Source: Eledone cirrhosa (lineage: Eukaryota). From it: a DNA stretch of 64,000 nt. Made by a program: the position numbers and the translations under genes. Shown here one piece after another: positions 29,280 through 39,740 of the stretch; positions within the stretch are counted from its first letter, which is position 1; each line of letters starts with the position of its first letter. The notes beneath the pieces were generated by a model. That model was not told the origin of the DNA, searched no databases, and was given only the letters and a program-made list of their open reading frames with translations. Where the stretch lies: positions 40,052,001-40,116,000 of the forward strand of contig OZ024748.1 in the NCBI GenBank assembly GCA_964016885.1. Direction: 5' to 3'.

Positions 29280-29895
29280 TAACCCTTTCATGGCCACATT
29301 TCTAATGAAATACACTATTTTAATTAACTAATGAAGTATTTCAAGTTATTTACTAAAATTATTAATTAGGCACATGGCTTAGTGGTTAGAGCATTGGCTT
29401 TGCAATCGAAAGGTTGTGAGTTCAATTCTCAGACCGGGTGATGTGTTGTTTCCTTGAGCAAGACACTTTATTTCACATTGCTCCAGTTTACTCAGCTGTA
29501 GAAATGAGATGATAGGACTGTGGTCCCTATCATTCCACTGTAAAGTGGACGTGGAGGTGACACGGCAAAAAAAAAGCACCCAGCACTCACTGTAAATGAG
29601 GTTGGTGTTAGGAAGGGCATCCAGCTGTAGAAATCAAGCCAGAATCAGTTCCTGTCCCACCCTTGCAAGCAGGGAAAAGTGGACGTAAAATGAAATGATG
29701 ATGATGATTTCATTACTAAGATAGTAACTTAATGTAAGGTTCTTATATAAAATTATGTTGGGAGATTTTAATTTAAATTGGAAACATTAAAAATGGGTTT
29801 TATTTTATAGAATCAGCAGCAGTTTGGGCCGTGACGAGGGTTAGTAACTAAAGGGTGGGAGTTGGTAACTAAAGGGTGGGGGTTGGTAACTAAAG
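29280..29895. mobile_element. Degenerate piggyBac-like (TTAA/CCCTTT) MITE interrupted by a SINE
   Basis: Left end TAACCCTTTCATGGCCACATTTCTAATGAAATACACT. Right end (TTGGTAACTAAAGGGT), present about 3 times in 21-bp tandem, is an inverted match to ACCCTTT..TTACCA. An internal segment is duplicated at 29210-29278. Confidence 0.6.
29369..29708 (+). mobile_element. Full-length tRNA-derived SINE with conserved central domain and (ATG)n tail
   Basis: A box TGGCTTAGTGG, B box GAGTTCAATTC, central CCTTGAGCAAGACACTTTA...CAGCTGTAGAAATG, then GGAAGGGCATCCAGCTGTAGAAA, ending GGACGTAAAATGAAATGATGATGATGA. It splits attaatta|tttcattactaag, which is contiguous in the duplicate at about 29250. Confidence 0.85.
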
Positions 29896-29905
29896 AGAGA
29901 GAGAG

Positions 29906-31236
29906 ATTAATAAAAACAATGAATAAAAACAAAGAAACAGTTCCTTATATTAACAAATTCATCATTTTACGATCGTTTCTAGGATATATATGTGTGTGTT
30001 GGTATGTATATCATATAGATCTATGTAAACATTTTACAAACTATCATAGGAAATATACATACCTACACATATATATGCTGAATATATGAAATAATGATAT
30101 TTGTTTATTGAAAAACACCAACAAAGATTTAATATAATAAGTCTGTTTGGGAACAGGTTTTTAATTGACCAATAGAAGAGTAGTAAGTGGTCAAGTTGAT
30201 AGAATAGTAGTAGTAGAAATTTAATTTAGGGATAGAGGAATGCAGACTTCAGTTTTGAATCAAAATAATACTTTGAATGAAAAGATTACTTTGGGGATGA
30301 AAAGAGGTCAAGCCGGTGAAAGGTACACGAACATTTTATGTTATTAAAGAATAATGCTAATGTTAAAATCGAAGGAGAATAAAATTTTAGGATAAATGTG
30401 TTAGTGAGAAATACCAATCTTATTAAAAACATAAGGAATTTAGATCTATAAAAAGAAATTAAATTAATTAATAGGTATACTTATAGGGATAAATTTATAT
30501 TAATTCATATAGATGTGATAAATAAGAGTTAGATGTTATTAAAGAATGTTGTTAAAAACGAAGGAAAAAAAATTGAGGGTGGGGGGGATAAATGTATTAG
30601 TGAGAAATAACAAACTTATATAGACTACAAGGAATTTAGATTCATAACAGGAAATTAAAATAGTTTATATGTATACTTATAGGTATTAATTTTAGGAAAA
30701 GATAGCTGTAACAGGGAAATAAAATTATGAAGTTCTCAGTAGTAAAATACTAATTATAGGTTAACTAAATTTAAAAAAAGCTAATTATAAGAATTTGTAA
30801 TATAAAAGTGTATATTAATTAGGTTTATAATATTTGAAAGTTCTTCTAATTCTATGATTGCACGATATAATTAATTCTTGTCGCTTCTTTAATAGGATAT
30901 CCTTAGATTTCATTATTTCAAAAAGTTCCTGGGAACATAATCTACACTCATATCTGTTATTTTGATAAGGGGTGGCCCTTCTGAGCACACTCCAGGTCAG
31001 GTTATAATCGATATACTTTTTTCTATAATTATTAATTATTTCAGCCAAGGATGTTATATTAGCTAATGCGGCATTTTTAAAACTGTGTTTGTGGGTATTA
31101 AATCTTACTTTAAATTGGTTAGTAGTAGCTCCTATATATGAATAAGTTGAGTCCTTAGTGCTAATTTTACATTTATATACTATGCTATTAATAAGGCAAT
31201 TTCCTTTTAATGGGCAATTTGCATTGTTTCTCAAGG
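29906..31236 (-). mobile_element. 5'-truncated Penelope-like retroelement (endonuclease C-terminus plus AT-rich 3' region)
   Basis: Contains the GIY-YIG ORF listed next. Its 3' region has an inverted copy at 35075-35885 and an internal ~195-bp tandem duplication (30338-30695). Confidence 0.8.
30815..31234 (-). pseudogene. Penelope-type GIY-YIG endonuclease domain fragment
   Basis: CPLKGNCL..IVYKC..YIGAT..FKVRFNTH..SF..W..CRLC..E..RQEL..CNH matches the C-terminal GIY-YIG of Penelope-like elements; the RT part is missing. Confidence 0.85.
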
Positions 31237-32427
31237 ATCAATTTCCCCCTCGTCCTTCTGCATATGAAAGTCTGCTGTCCAAGTTGGTGGTTTGCGACTT
31301 CTTTGCGATCTCCGCAGTGTTGGGGCGGCACTTTGGGTTTCCTCTTCCTCGGAGTCCGTTGACACAGTGATTCTACGGACATCCAGGACATGACGTGGTA
31401 CTCCGTCCAAGGACACATTGTTCTGAGAATTTACGGCCGTCACCGTTCCCCTTCCCCATTGAGATGTGCAACGTGCATATGGGGGCTTAACCCAGAATTC
31501 TTCGCCCACCTGCACGAATGCACTCTCTCTCCCCACTGGCCGTTGTGATGGCGTGCACGGGTGCCGCCACTCGTATCTGAATACTGCTCTGTGTGGCACC
31601 GATTCCTCGACCTGTCTCACCCGAGGGGACATGTTGTACCAGAACACTGCCTCCATTGGTGAGATATGGCCCCGCTCCGCCATTGCCTTGATCGTCCGGT
31701 GGTGTCGCTCTACAATTCCATTCCCGCTCGGCCTGTGCGCTGCTCTGAAGAAACGGTCCACCTTCCATCCATCGAGCATCACCCTCAGCGCCTCCGAGCG
31801 CAACGCTGCGCTGTTGTCCATCAGCAGTTCGTCCACAGGGCCCCGCTCCAAGAACACCTCTCTCAACGTCCGCATGATTTCCTCGGCCGTTCCAGTCTTC
31901 ATCTCCCTCCTTATCGCCATCCGTCCTGATCCACAGTCGACCATCGAGAGGTACGTTCCCTGTCGGTAGTGCGTTACATCCACCGCCAATCGCTTCCAGT
32001 CGCGATCCACCGGGAGGCTTCCCGTTTCATGCACACCCGGGGCGGGATCAATGGACTGACATCGGACGCAGCCTCTAACCACCCTTTGAACACTGTGTCT
32101 GTTAACGTCCGAGTCGATTCTCCTGGCTAGGAACAGGCTCCTATCCACTCCCATGTGGTGCATGTCATGCAACCCTTTCAGATCCGACTCGGTCAGCCGA
32201 CACACGGCAGCTATCTCATCATCTACCTCCTCCGGTGCTTCCATCCAGGCTTTATTCACCCTAGTTAAGACGTCTGCCCTATTTTTCTCTGAGAGCACGA
32301 AAACTACACTCAGCCTCAGGTCGAACTCGGTGGCCAGCTCTCCTAAAGTTCCCAGGCGGCGCTTTATCAGCATCTCCGCTGCCCCTCTCGTTCGCACTCT
32401 CTTCTCACTGGTGAGCACTGATCTCAC
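31231..32427 (-). pseudogene. Gypsy pol: RNase H C-terminus and integrase
   Basis: NRADVLTR; HHCC motif (LHDMHHMG..CVRC); DDE core LAVDVTH / LLMDN / GNGIVERHHRTIK. Confidence 0.92.
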
Positions 32428-33569
32428 CCATCCGAGTAGAGTAGCCGAGTCGGTGCGTATCTCGATGGATGCGCATTCCCCACCTCAGGGCGAGGTTCAC
32501 CCCTCTCAACACTGCGTCCAGTTCGGCTACATTGATGTGGTTGCAGTCGTCCTTCTTCATAAGCCAGGCTGCATCCTCGACCTCAACACCTCCTATCTCC
32601 AACGTGACACCCAGCGCTATGCTGCTGGCATCGCACCATACGGTCCCGCTCTGTGATTTGGGAACATACCACCCTCCCCACGATCTCCTGCATCATGGCC
32701 ATCTCTTGACATAGCTGCATGCCGTCCGGAGCCACCCAGCAATCGGGTAGTCACCCACCAACTTTCCACACACCGAGAAAAGCTCCCGCCTACTCATACT
32801 TGGGCCCAGTTCTGGAACTTCATTTCCCCTCTGGAATACCAAGACGCCCGTCCTGTCTCGCCGTAGCCTAAGTCCCAGCGCGGCTCCTCCCTCCAACGCT
32901 TCTGACGGCTTCGCAGCCAGTCCATACCCCTGTAAATGGCTCCTCACCTCCGCCGCCGACACCACAAACTCGTCCACTAGGATGTCGTCAATGTAGGAGT
33001 TAGTGGCCCTCTTCATCTTGTCGGCCTTTCCCAGAATGGCCTTGAGGACCACCGCCATGATCTTCGGTGCGGAGCTCAGCCCGAAACCGAGCCTGGTCAG
33101 GCAATGTGTCCGGCCCTTATACCTGACCAGCTGATACTGCCAGAGCTTCTCATCTATATGCAATTGCAAGTATGCCGAGTTTAGATCTACGATTGCTGAA
33201 CCCCCCGTCATGCGTCTCCACTCACGCAGGGTTTCCCCCACAGACATCCGTGACCTCGCCACTCGTGTGGCATGACACGTGCTCGTTCAACTCCCGAAGG
33301 TCCAGCACCGGCCTCACCTTGTTCTTCGTGGGTTGCGCCACCGCCATTAACGGCAATACTCCGCACTTCACCTCCTCTTTCCGGGGAAGCAGTATGCCCT
33401 CCTCAATCCATCTCTCTACCTCTCGCTCGAACTCGCCCCTAATGTTTCCCTTCAATGTGTGTTGATAGCAGCCCACATTGGTCTTCAGTGTTGGTGGTTC
33501 TCCCTTCCAGTACCACTCAACAACCCATCGCTGCCTATCGAACACGGCCTTGAAGTCTTTGTCCTGCAC
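32405..33569 (-). pseudogene. Gypsy pol: reverse transcriptase and RNase H N-terminus, frameshifted
   Basis: KVRPVLDLRELN, IVDLNSAYLQ, RLGFGLSSAP, SYIDDILV; RH motifs VWCDASS and HINVAELDAV, spread over several frames. Confidence 0.92.
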
Positions 33570-33599
33570 AGTGTAAGCGGGGTATTTCTCCTCGTGGGC

Positions 33600-33960
33600 C
33601 TTCTGGTTCTCCTATCGCGTACTCACAGCGCATACCGATGCAGCGGCGCCAAACGACACACCGACGTTGTTCACTGTGACGCCTCCTAGACGGCGAATTG
33701 CGTCCATGCCCATAACCACGCCGATCCCATCCACCACGCTGTCTACTACGATGGCAGAAAGCCTTATTTTCCTTCCCCGTACCGGTATTTCCATCTCGTT
33801 GCGATCGCGGCATTCAATTTTCCTGCCATCGACTGCCCTTACGCTGCTCTTCCCTATTCACCTCTGCGCCATCCCCGCGATCACCAGTGTCGTCGTACAA
33901 CCCGTGTCCACGAGGGCTCGCTGTGGCATTCCCCTCACGAAGACACCCACCATGGAGAGC
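33600..33960 (-). pseudogene. Gypsy aspartic protease
   Basis: ALVDTGCTTTL and GVVMGMDAIRRLG motifs. Confidence 0.85.
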
Positions 33961-33999
33961 GCCTCTACTCGTAACGGGCAACTACCGGCGCAGTAGTTC

Positions 34000-34700
34000 C
34001 CCTTGGATCGTTTCCCTGGTCGCAGTTAGTAGCGATGTGGCCTGGTCGCTTACACCGGTAGCATATTATTTCCGGCCTTGACTCTCTGCAGTCTCTAGCC
34101 ATGTGCGGGCCCTGGCACCGAAAACAACGACCTCTAAACGTTCGCGGGCGACCGCGTGCCGTGGTTGCCTACCTTTCACCATTTCGCTGTCAGCTGTCTT
34201 GAGCCTCTGTAGTTGCTATCGCCGCGACACTCTTCTTGGCATCTTCTGCTATGATCCGGGCTATTTCCACCAGTGAACGCATTTCCATTTCTTTGTAACC
34301 CGGGACTTGCTGCAGTTTCACCGCTATGTCGTCTGGAAATCCATTTATGAACGCCAACCGCACCATGCGTTCGCATTCCACCTGATATCCAGCCAACATG
34401 GCCAATCGCCGTATTTCCGCTGCGAAAAGGTCAACGCGTTCACCGTTCCATCTAATTCTTGCCAGCTTAGCGAAAGCGGCTAACGGTCCCTCTGCGAACG
34501 CTTCCATCATGCGCCTCTCAATCTTTTGCGCATCTCTTTGGCTGTGTTCGTCCAACTCAAGGAAGAGTACCAACGCGTCCCACTCGAGGTACAGTGCCAT
34601 GAGGCCAGCCACATCTTCTATCTTCTGCAAGCTTGCGACCAGCCGGACTTTTCGCAGCCAAGCGACAACATCACTTTCACCGGTAAATGCCCTCTTCTAA
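34000..34700 (-). pseudogene. Gypsy gag with zinc knuckle
   Basis: WLRKVRLVASLQ..LAFINGFPD capsid-like region followed by RCFRCQGPHMARDC. Confidence 0.8.
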
Positions 34701-35074
34701 TTAGTCTTGCGGTACGTGATAAACAAAAACAACAGACTCCTCTCAGTTTTTCCAGTTGCTTTTTTTTTTTTTTTTTTTTTTCAATCAGATCTCAGTTTCC
34801 AGTGCCGAAATAGCTTGTGGTTAGAAAAAGCTATCTCACCGCTTTTCATAAGCGCAGCTAAATCCCACTGCTGGTTTCTCTTCTTCCGCGTGCGTCCAAC
34901 TCCTTAACACCGGGAGCTGCCAAAACTCGCGTCCACACCGTTGCTGGTCACCACTAGAGAGAGGCCGATCTGCTGGCCCTTCCGGTCGAGCATCCTTCTG
35001 GCCAAGCACCCTTCCGGTCGAGCACTCCCTCGCTTCCGTCCACCGCACGCCACACCATACCCACATCAATTAAA

Positions 35075-35885
35075 TCTTTAATAGCATCAAGCTCTTATTT
35101 ATCACATCTATATGAATTAATATAAATTTATCCCTATAAGTATACCTATCAATTAAATTAATTTAATTTCTTTTTATAGATCTAAATTCCTTATATTTTT
35201 AATAAGATTGGTATTTTTCACTAACATATTTATCCTAAAATTTTATTCTCCTTCGATTTTAACATTAGCATTATTCTTTAATAACATAAAATTTTCGTGT
35301 ACCTTTCACCGGCTTGACCTCTTTTCATCCCCAAAGTAATCTTTTCATTCAAAGTATTATTTCCATTCAAAACTGAAGTCTGCATTCCTCTACTCCTAAA
35401 TTAAATTTCTACTACTACTATTCTATCAACTTGACCACTTACTACTCTTCTATTGGTCAATTAAAAACCTGTTCCCAAACAGACTTATTATATTAAATCT
35501 TTGTTGGTGTTTTTCAATAAACAAATATCATTATTTCATATATTCATATATGCTTTCCAGCATAGTTACGTCCCTTTACGATCTGAGTTCAAATCCCGCC
35601 GAGGTTGACTTTGCCTTTCATCCTTACGGGGTCGATAAAATAAAGTACCAGTAATGCACTGGGTAATTGCTGGCCTTGTGCCTAAAGTAGAAACAATTAT
35701 TTCATATATTCAGCATATATATGTGTAGGTATGTATATTCACTCTGATAGTTTGTAAAATGTTTACATAGATCTATATGATATACATACCAACACACACA
35801 TATATATCCTAGAAACGATCGTAAAATGATGAATTTGTTAATATAAGGAACTGTTTCTTTGTTTTTATTCATTGTTTTTATTAAT
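35075..35885 (+). repeat. Inverted copy of the Penelope-like 3' region (partner arm 29906-30546)
   Basis: Near-identical reverse complement over about 640 bp; ORF-track peptides 29862+ and 35702- share KTMNKNKETVPYINKFIILRSFLG. Confidence 0.95.
35547..35695 (+). mobile_element. 5'-truncated SINE with 17-bp target-site duplication
   Basis: B box GAGTTCAAATCC; flanked by ATTATTTCATATATTCA at 35530-35546 and 35696-35712; absent from the partner arm. Confidence 0.9.
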
Positions 35886-36009
35886 TTATCTTGACTCTGT
35901 TTTCCTGTCATTTTCATTGAAAACATTTTTGAATACATCTTTTCTTTTCATGATATTTGGATTACATTGAGTTCTTCATACGGATTGGACACTACCGTAT
36001 ATTTTGGTA

Positions 36010-36131
<122 letters not shown>

Positions 36132-36179
36132 TAAGTAAGTTTTTAAACAGTGAGCAAGTTTGAAATTAGAAATATAAGT

Positions 36180-36362
36180 TTTCACCGTATTTTTTACTAA
36201 AGAAATTTTTAGGCTGATAATGGGGTTTAGAACCCTCAGATAAATGGAAAAAGATTAGTATTGACGTACGTGGGAGGTCAATACTCATCTTTTTCCATAT
36301 CTCTGAGGGTTCTAAACCCCACTATCAGGCTAAAAATTTCTTTAGACAAAAATACGGTGAAA
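36180..36362. repeat. Long palindrome (about 86-bp arms, 11-nt loop)
   Basis: TTTCACCGTATTTTT...AGTATTGAC / GTCAATACT...AAAAATACGGTGAAA. Confidence 0.92.
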
Positions 36363-36375
36363 GCATATATATATA

Positions 36376-36790
36376 TATAAGGAAAAAAGATGAAATCGTA
36401 AATGCAACTGGAGTCTTTTTTTATAAAAATATATATTTATTTGGTTCCTTCACAGGTTTCGCAGTTCTTCTGCTTTTCAAAAGTAGAATTGAGATGGAGG
36501 GTTTGTGGTTTTTCTCACATCTAGTTGGTGTTTGAATGTTACTTCTGTTTTATATGGAAAAAAGTGGCTCGAAATGCTAGGTTTTTAGAGAAGTAATTTG
36601 GTTGGTTTCCATATAAAACAGAAGTAACATTCAAACACCAATCAGATGTGAGAAAAACCACAAACCCTCCATCTCAATTCTACTTTTGAAAAGCAGAAGA
36701 ACTGCGAAACCGGTAAGGGAAGCAAATAAATATATATTTTAAAAAAAAAAGACTCCAGTTGCATTTTCGATTTCATCTTTTTTCCTTATA
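36376..36790. repeat. Long palindrome (about 185-bp arms, 45-nt spacer) carrying a minimal hammerhead in each arm; probably inverted Penelope-type pLTR ends
   Basis: TATAAGGAAAAAAGATGAAATCG...TATATGGAAA / TTTCCATATA...CGATTTCATCTTTTTTCCTTATA. Confidence 0.9.
36683..36718 (+). ncRNA. Minimal type I hammerhead ribozyme, U3:A8 variant
   Basis: CTT-TTGAAAA-GCAG(AAGAA)CTGC-GAAA-CCGG-TA-AGG: 4-bp stem II, palindromic ACCGGT stem III, GUA site, weak 3-bp stem I. Confidence 0.6.
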
Positions 36791-36844
36791 CTTTCACTCG
36801 TGTAGGACATCTCGTTTTTTTTTTCATTTTGGAAAAAAACCCTC

Positions 36845-36906
<62 letters not shown>

Positions 36907-36908
<2 letters not shown>

Positions 36909-37137
36909 AAGTATGACCCCGACGGCAGAGCTCAAGCCGTTTCGACGGCAGAGCTCAAGCCGTTTCGACGGCAGAGCTCAAACCGTTTCGACGGCTATTT
37001 CTGGAATGAAATCGCCGTCGAAACAGCTTTAGTTCTGCCGTCGGGGTCATACTTTTCCTATTTCCCACTCTACTACCCTAAGTATTGAGTACTCTGGTGC
37101 GTTATGGTCCATCTGGTTCCTTTCCAGAATTCTTTTG

Positions 37138-37140
<3 letters not shown>
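36907..37140. mobile_element. Inverted, truncated copies of the hammerhead-bearing element at 54258-54445
   Basis: GCCGTCGAAAC..GCCGTCGGGGTC..CCCACTCTACTACCC.AAGTATTGAGTACT.TGGTGCGTTATGGTCCA.CTGGTTCCTT is shared with 54318-54427. The left part is its reverse complement, with a 23-bp unit present 3 times. Confidence 0.8.
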
Positions 37141-37231
<91 letters not shown>

Positions 37232-37522
37232 GTACGTATATTCGTGTATTTGATGACTGACAAAATAAAATAAAATTTCTGAGTGAATTGTGAAGCAAAT
37301 GATGGATAAATCAACAATTAAACAAAGAGATATATAAATATGTAAGTAAATGATGGAATAATGGCCGCATGGGTAAAGAAAGTAGGCTGTTGTTGGTAAC
37401 AACCGGTCATTGTTTGTTCATACTCTTAGAACATGTCAATTCTTTACGTGCATACACACCCTCCATTATTTACATATTCTCACAACCACCTCTGTGTTTA
37501 TATACATATATGTATATATATA

Positions 37523-37603
<81 letters not shown>

Positions 37604-38002
37604 AACATGCCCAAATGATGTTGGCATCACCTTTAGTGTACACCCAAGGTTGGGCCCCGTGCTATCCGGCCACGACAAAAATCCCACTCGCATCACATAA
37701 CAACAATACGGCACAATTATTTCACCTAAATTGGCCCTGCACTCTTTAACATTACACCAAAACACATCAAAGCAGAAACAGACCCCATCGAGTTCAAGAA
37801 GTTTTTGGACAAATTCCTTCAAGAAATCCCGGATAAGCCCCCTACAACCGGATATGCCTCCGAAAACAATAACTCTCTGCTCGATTGGGCCATGGTGCTC
37901 AAACACTGATTTGTTCGACTTCGCCAGGTGGTGCTATTAAGTTAGACATGGACAGGGCCCATACTGGCCGAAACCTATCAAAGTTATCAAAGTTATCAAA
38001 GT
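37604..38002 (+). mobile_element. 3' fragment of a CR1/L2-group LINE
   Basis: Translates to GPALFNITPKHIK...FKKFLDKFLQEIPDKPPTTGY..NNNSLLDW*, typical of CR1-group ORF2 C-termini; (TATCAAAGT)3 tail. Confidence 0.75.
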
Positions 38003-38249
38003 AAATGATGAAAGAATGGGGGCATGAGTAAAGAAAATAGGCTGTTGTTGGGACGAAACCGGTTATTGTTTGTTCATACTCTTAGAATAGTTGCAGTAAT
38101 CATATAGAGCTAAAATACGTGGTTGTCGGACGGTAAATAGGTGACCTATACTCTAAGATAATCTGCAGTGAGGTGGAGTAGAATAGTTGTTCTTTATCTT
38201 TGGGTTAATCACAGCTCGTAAATGTCTGTAAATATTTATTGGGTTGGTT

Positions 38250-39050
38250 TGCTGAACAAACTCTAACCCTAACACTAACATTAACCCTAACACTACCCCT
38301 AACCATATTGGCCTGGTATGCTGAACAAACTCTAACTCTATCACTATGCCTAACCCTAACCCTAGCCATATTGGCCTGGTATGCTGAACAAACTCTAACC
38401 CTAACCCTAACACTAACTCTAAACATAACTCTGGCACTGACCCTAATACTAACGCTAACCCTAACCATAACACTAACCCCTGCATTAACACTAACTCTAA
38501 CCCTAACTCTAACCCTAACTCTAACCCTAACCTTTACTCTAACCCTAACCCTAACACTAACTCAAACTCTTAACATTACTCTAACCCTATCTCTAACCTA
38601 ACTTTAACTCTAAACCTAACTCTAACCCTAACACTAACCCTAACTCTAACTCTAACTCTGACCCTAACTCTGACCATAAATCTAAACCTAACTCTAATCC
38701 TAACTCTAACCCCACCTCTAACTCTAAACCTAACTCTAAACCTAACTCTAACCCCAACTCTAACCTAACTCTAACCCTACCTCTAACTCTAGCCCTAACC
38801 CTACCCTTAACTCTAAACCTAACTCTAACCATAACTCTAACCCTAACTCTAACCCTAACTCTAACCCTAACCCAACCCTAACTCTAACCCTAACTCTAAC
38901 CCTAACCCTAACCCTAACTCTAACCCTAACTCTAACCCTACCTCTAACCCTACCTCTAACTCTACCCTTAACTCTGACGACAACCCTAACTCTAACGCTA
39001 ACTCTAATGAAACCCCTAAATGGTCTAACCCTAACTCTAACGAACCCTCA
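38250..39050 (+). repeat. Degenerate telomere-like tract (TAACCC/TAACTC)n
   Basis: Mixed CCCTAA/CTCTAA/CACTAA hexamers; two to three copies of CCATATTGGCCTGGTATGCTGAACAAAC are interspersed at the left end. Confidence 0.9.
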
Positions 39051-39467
39051 ATCTAAATACTTAGAGTCCCTGGCAAAGAATAAATAAGTTAAGTGGTCCT
39101 ACATCTGTTTTAATGGAAAGTAGAACGGCGTGCTCATCTACTCTCGGGATCCAGAGTGGAATAAACGGGGTTGTGTGGAAAAACGCTAATTTTTCTAGTT
39201 TGTCTCTGTGATTCTTTCTTAAACCAGAATTAGTCGTTTAGTTTACATATTGAAACCCCCTACCCATCTTATTTAATATGGGATTTCTAGTAATGTACTT
39301 CTATTTTGTCATGTGTGATCATTTTTTTAATGTCTAAATAACATTAATTGTCGCAGGAATGCTACGACTTAAAATAATATTTCACCGGAGATAGATTAGT
39401 AAAATTTAATAAGTGGAAGTGGGTTAATCTGAAAAATTTAATTTCCAGCCACGCTCTGAGAGTATAT

Positions 39468-39740
39468 CACATACACACATACATCCTGGTATACATATAT
39501 ATATACACATACACATATACATCCAGGTATACATATATATACACATACACACATACATCCTGGTATATATAAACACACACACCCATACATATTCATCCAG
39601 GTATATATACACACACACATCCAGGTATATATATAGACACATACACACATACATCCAGGTATATATATACACACATGCACATACAAACATCTAGGTATAT
39701 ATACACACTCACACACATCCAGGTATACATATAGACACAC
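39468..39740. repeat. CA/TA-rich minisatellite
   Basis: Units of about 30 bp around ACATCCAGGTATATA. Confidence 0.85.

Larger units (their letters stand above)
31237..35068 (-). mobile_element. Decayed Ty3/gypsy LTR retrotransposon (gag-PR-RT-RH-INT); 3' LTR lost
   Basis: Domain order is gag, PR, RT, RH, INT. Putative 5' LTR starts TGATGTGGG (35068). PBS-like TGGTGACCAGC at about 34953. PPT AAGGACGAGGGGGAAA is followed by only TGAT of the 3' LTR. Confidence 0.93.

Noticed and set aside
29369-29440. tRNA gene
   Set aside because: A and B boxes are present but there is no complete cloverleaf, and the sequence continues into a SINE body.
35735-35830. Hammerhead in the Penelope 3' arm (CTGATAG...GAAACGATCGTA)
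   Set aside because: The core is non-canonical in both arms and stems I and II pair poorly; kept only as a possible remnant.
36759-37906. IYIYIY-type ORFs (also LTLTLT/LGLEL at 38153-38832 and 62648-63029)
   Set aside because: Translations of microsatellite and hexamer repeats.
38250-39050. True telomere
   Set aside because: Internal, short and heavily degenerate.
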